IMG/VR virus record: IMGVR_UViG_3300042197_000111
Coordinates: 1 to 26,298 of that record
Origin: a virus
Lineage: Duplodnaviria; Caudoviricetes
Length of the DNA stretch: 26,298 nucleotides
Reading direction: 5' to 3' (one strand)
This document shows positions 8,786 through 18,071 of this stretch, in pieces. How positions within the stretch are numbered: position 1 is the first letter of the stretch; every line of letters starts with the position of its first letter. The position numbers were made by a program, and so were the translations under genes. The notes under the pieces are model-generated. The model had not been told where the DNA came from and did not search any database. It saw nothing but the letters and a program-made list of their open reading frames with translations.

Positions 8786-9744
8786 ATCATTGTCCTTTTG
8801 GGTAGTCCACCCATATAATCTTGTATGTTAAAGTTGTCTAAACTGACATCCTTAATTGTTGGAGACATATACCGGTCTCCAATAAAGGAATCTTCTGATT
8901 CTCCACCGAATGTTGTATATGAAGATCTTATTCGTTGACCCAAAGCTTGCAGCATTTGATCTTCAGATAAAGCGGATGTTTGATATTTGCCCAGTTTGTT
9001 TTTAGATTGCAAGTAATTTGTAAACTCAGTGTTAACTTCTTTAATAATATCATTAAAGTTAGTTTTTAAATTTGTAATCTCTGACTCTACAGCTAAGGCG
9101 GGATTAGTTTTAAATAAAATTTTTTCATCATCCTCAACAGTAGCTGTTTCATTAGCTAACAAACCACGCTGGTAACCACCTAAAGCGTTGTATTTATCTT
9201 GTATTTCTTTTGTTAAACTAGGTAAAAACTTATTAAGGTCATATCTTTTTTTTAATTCTTCTTCTGTAGCAGACTTAGAAAAGTTAAAAAAACTAGAGCC
9301 ACCCGTTAACGCAGTTGCCTGAGCATTATTAAACAGCTGAGTAGCTGCATTAAGTTTATTTGAATAATCTCCAGGAGTAGGTTGTGATACCCGTTCCATC
9401 ATGTTGGTGCGGGGATTTCTAATACGTACCATCTGTGTAGGTTGCCATCCAGCTGGCTTTGTAATACCAGCCATAGTTAAAAACTCTTCTGGGTTACGAG
9501 CATTTAACAGAAACTCATTTGCACCACGGGTTCTTTCACTGGTTGTAAAACCAACTGTATTGAAAAAAGAATCAAAGAGTTGTTTGCCTACTTCTGTTTT
9601 GGGCATTGGCCCAGTTACGGTATTTGTTTCTTGTCTTTCAAGGTATCTGTTATATGCAGCCATCAATAAATCTAGTTGCTGTTTATTATCAGCTTCTCGC
9701 TGTGCGCGAGCATTTGCTTGATTTGCTGCAATGTTTTTAAACAT
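8782..9744 (-). CDS. Hypothetical protein, possibly an internal virion protein
   Basis: 320 aa ORF with SD GAGGT. No Cys or His and rich in N/Q/T/A. No motif recognised. Confidence 0.75.
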   Translation of the reverse strand: MFKNIAANQANARAQREADNKQQLDLLMAAYNRYLERQETNTVTGPMPKTEVGKQLFDSFFNTVGFTTSERTRGANEFLLNARNPEEFLTMAGITKPAGWQPTQMVRIRNPRTNMMERVSQPTPGDYSNKLNAATQLFNNAQATALTGGSSFFNFSKSATEEELKKRYDLNKFLPSLTKEIQDKYNALGGYQRGLLANETATVEDDEKILFKTNPALAVESEITNLKTNFNDIIKEVNTEFTNYLQSKNKLGKYQTSALSEDQMLQALGQRIRSSYTTFGGESEDSFIGDRYMSPTIKDVSLDNFNIQDYMGGLPKRTMI

Positions 9745-9755
9745 AGTAATACCTC

Positions 9756-11633
9756 TTAAATAATTTCACAACCCCCGGCTGTACAAGCCATAGAGTGTGA
9801 CGATGTGGTTGTATCATTTAACTCATATTCTTTTAACTTAGAAAAATCTACAAGAACTTTTGGAGACATGTTATAGGTGCGAGCATCAATAGCTTCAAAG
9901 GGAGCTTGAGCGTATGTGTGATCGCATTTAGGTAAGAATGAGATACCAGATATCTTATCAAAGTTTTTCCAAACCCAGTTACCAATCTCTAAGAACTCAT
10001 CGTCTGTGTACGACACGGTGATACTGGGCTTATGGTGGCAGTAGAATTGTTGATAGTCTAACCAAAGCTGTAGATGCTCCATTGCTCCCAGTGTTTCACT
10101 GGTTTGTGTACCTAGCTCCGCTCTTTGGGGAAAGGTAAACACAGCTGTAGACTCAGGATTCATTACACAATCTTCTACCATCACTCCCTGATCTCTCATC
10201 ATGGCATACATTGGATCTTTTTTATCTAACCGTACACGCCTATAGTAATACTCAGAGTATCTTGGGTGTAACCCAGACGCTGAGTTTGCCAAACAAGATG
10301 TAGTACCCTCTGGCTTAATACATGTAATTGATTTACTGGGGGCAATACCTAATTTATCAGACCACACAAGATTAGTATATTCAGCCGTTTCTTTTAAAAC
10401 TTCTAAAACATACTTGAGCTTTGGTCTACCCTCTTTACCAGACATCAGCTTGTTATCAAAGATACCAGTCATGCTGACACCCAACAATCTTTCTTCCTTA
10501 CAATTCTTTTCCCAAGAACTTCTTAAGTAAGGGAAGTGTGTAAACATACTTTGAATTGTACCTATAACAGTAGCTTGTTCAATCTTACGGTTTAAAGTTT
10601 CTACATTATCATTAGCCCGCACAACAACTGTAGATAAATTACAGAATTGGTTGGGTCGTAGAATGATTTCTGAACAAGGATTCGTACCAAAGAAGTGTTC
10701 TTCTGTGTCTCTATGGGATGCTTTTGCAATGTTGGTCATTGCTTGTCTGTTACAAATACCACGCTCACCTGAGTGAGAGTTATAAAGATCAGACCACTCT
10801 TCCATAAACTGACCCATAGAAGGTCTATCTTGGTAGATAGCGGAGTTGTTTGCTAAAGATCTGTGTGATGCTGTTTCCCACCAAGCACCAGACTTACAGT
10901 TTGCCATCTCACGATCTGATAGATCAGACAGTGAAATCATGGCAGACCTGCGGACACCGCCCACAATAACAGACTGAGCAATCTTACAACAGATGTCGTG
11001 ACACTCTAGTGAACTGAGGTGTCTACCCCGTGCTTTGTAAAATGATTGTGTTACATATCTAAACACTTCTTCAAGTGGCTGTGGTCCACTTGCGCGACCA
11101 CCAAATGTCTTCAGTCTTTCCCCGGCTTTACGAACCTTGGTGGTATCCCACTTGGGATGAATGCCATTATAAAGATTTGTAATTAGTGCTTCTAAAGCGT
11201 TACACCAACCTTCTCTTGAGTCTTCAACAACAATAGGTTTTTCCCACACCTTGTCAATTGTTGTCGGCACAACTGGCAGTTTACTGACACACCGTGATTC
11301 AACACTGTAGCCAACACCAGTTCCACACATTAAGATATACATCAATTCACAGAATGCTTTAGGGGAATCAATCTCCATATAAGCACAGTTATATAAAGCC
11401 GTGTTGTCTTTTTCCAAAGCAATGCCTGCGGTCATTAGACCACGCATACTGGGGAGAACTTCTAGATTAAGAATGGCTAATTTAATATCAGATCTCTCTA
11501 ATAACTGGGGTGCTTTTTCTGTGAAGAAAGACCACCATCTTTCTACTGTTTCTTCCCATGTTTCACGGCGACCTAGATTTGGTAACCATCTTGAGTAACG
11601 ACTTAGTGCAATAAATTCTTGAAAAGTATTCAT
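9756..11633 (-). CDS. nrdJ: Class II (adenosylcobalamin-dependent) ribonucleotide reductase
   Basis: YNC, GTGVG, VGGVRRSA, TNPCSEI (thiyl radical Cys), QFCNL, IKPEGT and C-terminal CxxxxC (CTAGGC). No small subunit gene nearby. Start moved to MNTFQEF at 11633. Confidence 0.92.
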   Translation of the reverse strand: MNTFQEFIALSRYSRWLPNLGRRETWEETVERWWSFFTEKAPQLLERSDIKLAILNLEVLPSMRGLMTAGIALEKDNTALYNCAYMEIDSPKAFCELMYILMCGTGVGYSVESRCVSKLPVVPTTIDKVWEKPIVVEDSREGWCNALEALITNLYNGIHPKWDTTKVRKAGERLKTFGGRASGPQPLEEVFRYVTQSFYKARGRHLSSLECHDICCKIAQSVIVGGVRRSAMISLSDLSDREMANCKSGAWWETASHRSLANNSAIYQDRPSMGQFMEEWSDLYNSHSGERGICNRQAMTNIAKASHRDTEEHFFGTNPCSEIILRPNQFCNLSTVVVRANDNVETLNRKIEQATVIGTIQSMFTHFPYLRSSWEKNCKEERLLGVSMTGIFDNKLMSGKEGRPKLKYVLEVLKETAEYTNLVWSDKLGIAPSKSITCIKPEGTTSCLANSASGLHPRYSEYYYRRVRLDKKDPMYAMMRDQGVMVEDCVMNPESTAVFTFPQRAELGTQTSETLGAMEHLQLWLDYQQFYCHHKPSITVSYTDDEFLEIGNWVWKNFDKISGISFLPKCDHTYAQAPFEAIDARTYNMSPKVLVDFSKLKEYELNDTTTSSHSMACTAGGCEII

Positions 11634-11634
11634 A

Positions 11635-12144
11635 TTAAACCCCAGTTGACCCGAACCCACCAGTATTTCTAGATGTGCTGTTCAGCTCTGTTACCTCAAC
11701 AAAACTAGCGCATACAGTTGGGGTAATAATTAACTGGGCTAACCTTGTACCTTTCGGAAATGACTTAAGGGTACCTGATGTATTAGTCAGCATTAGCTTG
11801 ATTGTACCTCTGTAATCTGGATCAATAACACCAACACCATTGCTTAGGACAATACCATTCATGGCTGCACTTGATCTGATATACACCAGACCAGCTGTAT
11901 TCAAAGGCAACTCTATGGAAACACCCGTGTCAACCAAGGTTGGCACATAGCATTGTAAGGTAAAATCATTTAAACAAGCTAGGTCAGCACCCACAGACTG
12001 GGTTGTTTGGTACATGGGCAACTTTGCGTTTGGCTCAAGTTTAACCTTGATTGCCTCGTTGTTTTGGTGTACGTAGGTTGTTGCTACGACCTGACTAGGG
12101 GTTTTAAATACGGTTGATTCGGTGTAATAACTATCTGTTGACAT
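11635..12144 (-). CDS. dut: Trimeric dUTPase
   Basis: Motifs GADL, RSS, GVIDPDYRG, RLAQL and RNTGGFGSTG. Start moved to the ATG at 12142-12144, which has SD AAGGA. Confidence 0.93.
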   Translation of the reverse strand: MSTDSYYTESTVFKTPSQVVATTYVHQNNEAIKVKLEPNAKLPMYQTTQSVGADLACLNDFTLQCYVPTLVDTGVSIELPLNTAGLVYIRSSAAMNGIVLSNGVGVIDPDYRGTIKLMLTNTSGTLKSFPKGTRLAQLIITPTVCASFVEVTELNSTSRNTGGFGSTGV

Positions 12145-12161
12145 TCTATTTATCCTTGGTT

Positions 12162-12184
12162 GTATTCTATAGCCCCAACTATTA
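12162..12184 (-). promoter_or_regulatory. Putative phage RNAP promoter (predicted +1 G at 12167)
   Basis: TAATAGTTGGGGCTATA|GAATAC, colinear with T7 TAATACGACTCACTATA|GGG and SP6 ATTTAGGTGACACTATA|GAA. Intergenic, with a second copy at 19372-19394. Confidence 0.82.
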
Positions 12185-12925
12185 GGCAGGGTTCCATAGA
12201 ATTGGTTCTTTTGTATCTGAATTATATTCGCCATCCCGTAAGATCCTGACACATTGTGCCATTTTTACACAATAATCAAGACTGTAGGGGTTTCCTTGTG
12301 CATCTTTGGCTTGCTCGTATGCACCCATAACAGCATCAGTCCAGTTGTGTGGTTGAACTGAGTCTAACAGTTTCTGTGCTTTTACTGGACCACACTTCCA
12401 GATTCCAGGTATATTATCAGTAGTATCCCCAGTAAGCCACTGCTTGTGGAAGTTATACTCTGCTTGTCTAGCGTCAACAAGAACTGGTTTATCTTCTTTG
12501 TCTGGGTTCCAATGCCATCCCCGTACAGATCTAAGATCTTTGTCTATGGTTACAGCCACAGCACGATAGCTTGATGCCATGATACCCATAACATCATCAG
12601 CTTCTAGTTGGGGAATGTCTAGTTTATTACCAACCTTGGTAACTAATTCAATCGCTAGAGGCAAGGCTTCGGGAACCTTTCGGTTGACATCTCTGTGTCT
12701 TTTATATGGATCCCATATTTTACGCCTAAAGTTATCAGACCTAGCACAAGATACCGCTATATGTACTGTTGTAATACCGGGGGGTACCCATGCTTTGACA
12801 TCATGTTCTACCCTAGTTTCTATATCCTCAACTCCTTCTGACTCAGCCCAGAAAGCAATCCTGTATGCCAGTATGTCTCCATCTAGCACAGCAGTCGTAG
12901 GTATTTGCTCAAGATTCATCGTCAT
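12182..12925 (-). CDS. 5'-3' exonuclease (T7 gp6-like)
   Basis: LDGDILAY, NFR...YK, LEADDVMGI, TIDKDL and LTGDTTDNIPGI..CGP motifs of the FEN/gp6 family. Confidence 0.93.
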   Translation of the reverse strand: MTMNLEQIPTTAVLDGDILAYRIAFWAESEGVEDIETRVEHDVKAWVPPGITTVHIAVSCARSDNFRRKIWDPYKRHRDVNRKVPEALPLAIELVTKVGNKLDIPQLEADDVMGIMASSYRAVAVTIDKDLRSVRGWHWNPDKEDKPVLVDARQAEYNFHKQWLTGDTTDNIPGIWKCGPVKAQKLLDSVQPHNWTDAVMGAYEQAKDAQGNPYSLDYCVKMAQCVRILRDGEYNSDTKEPILWNPA

Positions 12926-13037
12926 ATTCCATTCTCATTCTTTTGTACAAGTCCACCCAATAAGCGTGGTGTTGTTCTGGTGTCATTTCACAATCGTTTA
13001 CATCATCTTCTAAATCATCGTCATCTGGGTCAACCAT
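12909..13037 (-). CDS. Small acidic hypothetical protein (42 aa), not in the ORF track
   Basis: My translation is MVDPDDDDLEDDVNDCEMTPEQHHAYWVDLYKRMRMEYDDES*. SD AGGA at 13046-13049. Fills the kinase-exonuclease gap. Confidence 0.6.
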   Translation of the reverse strand: MVDPDDDDLEDDVNDCEMTPEQHHAYWVDLYKRMRMEYDDES

Positions 13038-13097
13038 TGTTAATTTCCTGTAAAGTGTTGTATCACTTAAACGATATCTTCTAAATCATCTTCATCT
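13005..13097. repeat. 22-nt direct repeat (1 mismatch)
   Basis: atcttctaaatcatcGtcatct at 13005-13026 and atcttctaaatcatcTtcatct at 13076-13097. Confidence 0.75.
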
Positions 13098-13813
13098 TCT
13101 TCAATCATTTTCTTGTGTGCTTTATCTAGGATTTGTTCTAAATCTCCAAGCGTAAGAGATATATCATATCTTGTTTTCATACACCCCAAACAATCACACA
13201 AAACTTTATCATCGCTTTTCATATAGTCTAACCAATCTTCAAAGTAATTAGTAGCTTTGGTTTTAAACTCTTGCTCTGTGCCGTCGTTGAATAACCTGTA
13301 GTGAAACATCTCTGTGTAGTGCATATCGTTAGACTCCACTTTATTAGCCATGTCTTCACTTTCATGGTTACGCCAAGGTGCATCGTGTTCTGACACAACT
13401 CTTTTACCATGAGCCACAAATACTTGCAAGGCACCAATCTTTCTACCGAAGTTAACTTCGTTTAAATATCTACAGTCATCAACCAACACACACTTTTCGT
13501 GCCAATTCTTTGGATTGGTTTCTAGGTTTTCAATATCTTGTACCTTAATTTCATTGAGGCGGTCTTCAAATTTAGTAACCCAAAAGTCAGGATTCTGCTT
13601 ACGCATACCCGAACCAAGAACTTGACAGGCAAGCCTGTATTGTTCTGGGTTAGCTTCTTTAGTTAACCCAGTTTTTTCTACCTCCCTTTTCAGGATATCT
13701 GCAAAGGGAACAATAACTGGAGAGTATCCTTTGTTATACAAGTACTCTGTAAATAACTTAGCTAAAGTTGTTTTACCAACCCGTGCTTTACCGCCAAACA
13801 TTATAACCATCAT
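13067..13813 (-). CDS. Deoxynucleoside monophosphate kinase-like P-loop protein
   Basis: Walker A GKARVGKT, FADILK, FWV and DDCRYLNE (D.R..NE) are typical of phage dNMP kinases. Start moved to MMVIMF at 13813 (SD GGAG). Confidence 0.8.
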   Translation of the reverse strand: MMVIMFGGKARVGKTTLAKLFTEYLYNKGYSPVIVPFADILKREVEKTGLTKEANPEQYRLACQVLGSGMRKQNPDFWVTKFEDRLNEIKVQDIENLETNPKNWHEKCVLVDDCRYLNEVNFGRKIGALQVFVAHGKRVVSEHDAPWRNHESEDMANKVESNDMHYTEMFHYRLFNDGTEQEFKTKATNYFEDWLDYMKSDDKVLCDCLGCMKTRYDISLTLGDLEQILDKAHKKMIEEDEDDLEDIV

Positions 13814-14264
13814 GCCAATATCTCCATAATTGTTTAGGTGAAAAGAACATAGGTACAGTAGTGTCATGTAAGAACATGAAATCTGAAACAAATGTAGCGC
13901 ATGTTGGGGGAATACGCTTACCGTGATGTAAATTAAACCATCTCAGTATCTGGTATTTAATTAGATCCCAATGGTTAGTTGGTTTGTATGAGTTTACAAA
14001 GTCTTGCCATTCAGGGTTTAGTGTAACCAAACCAAATGAATGTGTATAATAGGGATCAACGCCAAGAAACTTCTTGTTTAGCCCCAACCTTATGATGCGA
14101 GGACTGTCTCCATCTACGGTTAGGATAATGTATCTATTGTTACCATATTCTATTTCTAAGTGTACGTGGGTATGCTTGGTCATTTGCATCAGGGCAATTA
14201 CAAACTTACGCCACCCTTGTAGTTTATAGCTTGAGTAAAAACAAGCTTGTATTTTAGCTCTCAT
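13788..14264 (-). CDS. Hypothetical protein, possibly a permuted papain-like (NlpC/P60, YiiX-type) hydrolase
   Basis: His motif (HTHVHL) precedes a Cys motif (TCATFVS), followed by a terminal 'SPKQL'. This is the order seen in permuted NlpC/P60 enzymes. Confidence 0.55.
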   Translation of the reverse strand: MRAKIQACFYSSYKLQGWRKFVIALMQMTKHTHVHLEIEYGNNRYIILTVDGDSPRIIRLGLNKKFLGVDPYYTHSFGLVTLNPEWQDFVNSYKPTNHWDLIKYQILRWFNLHHGKRIPPTCATFVSDFMFLHDTTVPMFFSPKQLWRYWHDGYNVWR

Positions 14265-14613
14265 AAAATATACTTAGACCAAGATAGACAGCCAACGCAT
14301 GTTCTACCCTAGCCCCCTCAGAATGTTCCCAACCGTTTAACATAACTAGACCATCAGCATAACTTATAATAGTATTCAAGTCACGTTGCATACAAGACTT
14401 GAGATGTTCCTTACTGTCTAAACAAATACTGGCACTGTTAAAGCCAGCCTGTTCATCCATCTCTGCGGGGTTGTAGATAATACAGTTGGGTATTTTCTTA
14501 GCCCACTTTTTAGCAGCACTATAGAAAGCTGGAAAGTTGTGGTTTGTATAACCACGCATAGGACCAGCTATATATAAGGATAGTGGTTTATTGGTAGTTT
14601 GATTTGATAGCAT
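14254..14613 (-). CDS. Nucleoside 2-deoxyribosyltransferase-like protein (DUF4406 type)
   Basis: YIAGPMRG...NFPAF...NPAE...D..VML.GWE.SEGARVEH..A..LGL. Start moved to the ATG at 14611-14613 (SD AAGGA). Confidence 0.85.
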   Translation of the reverse strand: MLSNQTTNKPLSLYIAGPMRGYTNHNFPAFYSAAKKWAKKIPNCIIYNPAEMDEQAGFNSASICLDSKEHLKSCMQRDLNTIISYADGLVMLNGWEHSEGARVEHALAVYLGLSIFYES

Positions 14614-14621
14614 TTTATTCC

Positions 14622-16328
14622 TTAATGAGTATCGTTCCATGTTAAACCTATAGTGTACTCAGCATCTATAGGAATGTTTAGATTAAGTTTGACACCAGCT
14701 TTGTTAGCTGAGTCTTTGATTATCTGACCAACATCGTCAGCTATATCTTTGGGTGCAGCGTACTGTAGTTCGTCATGTATGTATGCCATCTGAAACACCT
14801 TGCCACCATACTTGGCGTTTAGTTGTTCATCAGCAATCACCATCCACAACTTTGATACAACAGCACCCGCACCTTGCAACAGGGTATTTAGGGCAGCGTG
14901 TTCCTTACGAACAGGAACCATCCTACCATCGGGTAAAGTAACACTGTTAGATCTTAAGAACTCATATCGAACTTGTTCTTGTACCTTAGTCAATGCAGGA
15001 ATTTCTTTTTGAAACTTCTTACGAAGTTTGTCGGCATTAGCAAAAGAACATCCTAGAACTTTAGATAGCTTTGTGTTACTGGCTCCGTAGAGATAAGCAT
15101 ATATAAAAGACTTGGCTAAGTTTCTATCTACAAGACCAGCAGCTTCTTGGTTGTGAGAATGTATGTCACCATTAATCAATACTGTGGCATAGTTACCACC
15201 ATCGTACTTGGACATATAGTGTGCCAACATTCTTAACTCCAAACCTTTGAGATCAGAACCAACCTGAACATACCCATCTATAGCGGGGAACCACAGGGAA
15301 CGAACCCTAGGGTCACCAGAGACTTGGGCTACATTCGGCTGACTGTGGGTACACCTACCAGTAGCAGCCCCTTGTGGGTTAATGCTGCCGTGTATTCTAC
15401 GATCACGGGAAGTGAAAGCGCGTAAATTCCAATCCTCTACTTGACCTATAAGCTTTACAATATCAAAGTATTTAACCAATGCTTTGGCTTCCTCATACTT
15501 TAGTTTGCTTAGAACTTCTTCGTCAACTTTGGGATTACCTTTATCTGTAGTAGGTGCAACCCACCCGTATTTCTCTTCCAGTCTCTCAGCAATTTGTACC
15601 CTAGAACCTGGATTAAAAACTTCAACCTTGTTCTTAAGTGCCTTGCCTGTTTTCTCGGAGTACCGCACATGTATTTTATCTGGAAAGATTTCACGCATGT
15701 TGTCTTCGATTTCTACCTTCTCTAGAATCAGGGACTCAAGTAGGTTTTCACCCACAGATAGATTGTAACCAAAACCATTCTCAACTTGTTTGAATAAGAC
15801 GTGGGAAACTTGGTGTTCAAATTTAACCAATGTTTTGTTGGTGATAATATACGGTAGTTGATACGCATATATCTGTTCACTAAGGAGAACATCGTTAAGA
15901 CAATACCTACCCATATCATCTGAGTAGCGTGACCAATCCCCAGTGTATTCCATCTTAGGAAACTTAAGAAACTTACCCCAGTTTTCCAAAGAGTTACCAC
16001 CAAGTTTGTGATCGTTCCTGTCGGGAAACATTAGACGAGATACAACCAGTGTATCTACAACCAGTCTTGGTAGGGGTAACCCCAGTAACCGAGTTAGAAC
16101 TGGTAAGTCATAGCCATAAATATTGTGACCAACCAGTACATCAAACTTACTGAGGTAAAGAACTAAATCCTTTAGTTGATTCTCAGTCCACAACCTAGGT
16201 TTAGAATCTTTGTAATCCTTTGTAGCAACGCACCATATTTTAGTGCATTCCTTTTTAGCAATTCCTTTCTTTTCTATATTGACTTCTGATAAAGCATTAC
16301 CTTCGATATCTAATATACAAGTTTTCAT
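14622..16328 (-). CDS. DNA polymerase family A (T7 gp5-like) with 3'-5' exonuclease
   Basis: ExoI DIE, ExoII HNIYGYD, ExoIII YCLND. Motif A DLKGLELR, motif B RNLAKSFIYAYLYG, motif C HDE, plus TGR and ALNTLLQ. Confidence 0.96.
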   Translation of the reverse strand: MKTCILDIEGNALSEVNIEKKGIAKKECTKIWCVATKDYKDSKPRLWTENQLKDLVLYLSKFDVLVGHNIYGYDLPVLTRLLGLPLPRLVVDTLVVSRLMFPDRNDHKLGGNSLENWGKFLKFPKMEYTGDWSRYSDDMGRYCLNDVLLSEQIYAYQLPYIITNKTLVKFEHQVSHVLFKQVENGFGYNLSVGENLLESLILEKVEIEDNMREIFPDKIHVRYSEKTGKALKNKVEVFNPGSRVQIAERLEEKYGWVAPTTDKGNPKVDEEVLSKLKYEEAKALVKYFDIVKLIGQVEDWNLRAFTSRDRRIHGSINPQGAATGRCTHSQPNVAQVSGDPRVRSLWFPAIDGYVQVGSDLKGLELRMLAHYMSKYDGGNYATVLINGDIHSHNQEAAGLVDRNLAKSFIYAYLYGASNTKLSKVLGCSFANADKLRKKFQKEIPALTKVQEQVRYEFLRSNSVTLPDGRMVPVRKEHAALNTLLQGAGAVVSKLWMVIADEQLNAKYGGKVFQMAYIHDELQYAAPKDIADDVGQIIKDSANKAGVKLNLNIPIDAEYTIGLTWNDTH

Positions 16329-18058
16329 ATATCTGTATTCACAGGTTCAAACACAACTTCTCCATCATCAGCTACAGCAAAGTTAACTTCTTCCAACCGA
16401 CCTGTTTTGTGGTTGTAGTACAACGCAGTAGCAATACCAGACCTACCCGTTAGTCTGTTCTTTAGAACTCTAACTAGGGTTGTGTTGGCTGTTCGTTCAT
16501 CTGGGTTTTGTCTATCTCTTTCAAGACCAATAACAGTGTTAGGTACTGAGGACAATGCACCAGACCCACGAAGGTCTTGTAATGTAATTCTATGACCTTC
16601 TTCATATGCCTTATCTGTTTTCTTTAGTTGTGATACTATATCAATATGAACACCGGTTCTAACTGCAATAGATCTCAACTCTTTCATAAGAGTATCTATG
16701 ATGATACGCTCAGAGCCACCACCATCAATATCTTTATCCCCAATACCCATTAGACCCGCAGCTGCTGCTGTTATGTGGTCTAGTACAATAACATCTACCT
16801 TTAGGGATGTAGCCATAAACTCCATCCTAGCTAACAGGTTTGTCATTGCGTTGTTACCTAGGTGGTCGTAGATAAACAGATTGGTTTGACACAACTTGTG
16901 CCTAGCTTCTTGATACTCTTCGTCACTAAGATCGTCAAAGATGGAGACACTTATTTTTGATCGTCCCATCTTAACTTGTAAAGCATTCATCATACGAGAA
17001 GCTCTGATGGCGCGTACTGGTTTGTTTAACAACAGAGATATAAGATCATCCATTGTTTCTTGAGGTGATTCCTCAAGCATAATACAACCAACACTACGAC
17101 CATCCACAAGATGATTGATAATTAACTCTCTTAGAATAGTTGACTTACCTGAACCAGTACCACTAGCCCACAGGGTAATTTCACCACTGCGTTGACCAAT
17201 AAGAAACTCGCTTAGTCTGTCATACGGAAACGGATACACCCGAACATCTTCAATATTCTGGGTATCATTTGCTATCTTCGATACGTGCAGAATTTCATCT
17301 GGTGAATATGCTTGGGCTTCCCACAAAGCATTCACAAGAGATTTAGACTGAGCGTTTACAAGACACTCGTTAGCATCTTTGTATGGAAGCTTTGCAATCT
17401 TACACTTACCAGCTGGTAAGATATCAGCAACTTCTTTGGCAGCATTCTGTCCTGCATCATCCATATCAAAGCAGAGAATAACTTCTGCATAACTGTTTAC
17501 AAACTCTAAGTTATCTTTGATAGACTTTAGAGCTGATGTTGCACCATTGGGGACAGATACAACAGCCCAAGTACCACCCAAAACTTGATTAACTGTTAGA
17601 CAATCAATCTCACCTTCGGTAATAATTAAGCGTTTGCCACCAGTAGTTTTCCATAGATGCTGACCAAACAACTCAACATTTTTAGCTGAACCCTTCCAAG
17701 CAAATTGCTTATCAGGTCCACGCAAGTGTTGACCTACTAATGTTCCATCTCTGTAGTAGTTCGCAACCTGTATCATCTTACCATTAATCTTAGCGACTTG
17801 ATAATTGTACAGCCTGCATACCTTCTCACTTATTTGGCGATCAGATAACTCTTGACAAAAGTCAAAGGAACCACAGACTGGAACGAAGTTTTTGACAACA
17901 ACATGTTCTTCTGTTTTCACATAATCTCCTTTATAATAACCACAACTAAAACAATAAACATGATCTGAATAGACAGCCAAGTTATCGTTGGAGTTGTCCC
18001 GACCTTCTTGCTTGCACTTAGGACAAGCTTCTTTTGAAATGTACACTGACTCCGACAT
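16325..18058 (-). CDS. DNA primase-helicase (T7 gp4-like)
   Basis: Zn ribbon CPKC...H..CFSC, TOPRIM TEGEID and FDMD, Walker A SGTGSGKST, LDHI, DLRGSG and LKNRLTG. Start moved to MSESVY at 18058 behind a perfect SD AGGAGGT. Confidence 0.96.
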   Translation of the reverse strand: MSESVYISKEACPKCKQEGRDNSNDNLAVYSDHVYCFSCGYYKGDYVKTEEHVVVKNFVPVCGSFDFCQELSDRQISEKVCRLYNYQVAKINGKMIQVANYYRDGTLVGQHLRGPDKQFAWKGSAKNVELFGQHLWKTTGGKRLIITEGEIDCLTVNQVLGGTWAVVSVPNGATSALKSIKDNLEFVNSYAEVILCFDMDDAGQNAAKEVADILPAGKCKIAKLPYKDANECLVNAQSKSLVNALWEAQAYSPDEILHVSKIANDTQNIEDVRVYPFPYDRLSEFLIGQRSGEITLWASGTGSGKSTILRELIINHLVDGRSVGCIMLEESPQETMDDLISLLLNKPVRAIRASRMMNALQVKMGRSKISVSIFDDLSDEEYQEARHKLCQTNLFIYDHLGNNAMTNLLARMEFMATSLKVDVIVLDHITAAAAGLMGIGDKDIDGGGSERIIIDTLMKELRSIAVRTGVHIDIVSQLKKTDKAYEEGHRITLQDLRGSGALSSVPNTVIGLERDRQNPDERTANTTLVRVLKNRLTGRSGIATALYYNHKTGRLEEVNFAVADDGEVVFEPVNTDI

Positions 18059-18071
18059 ATACCTCCTAATA

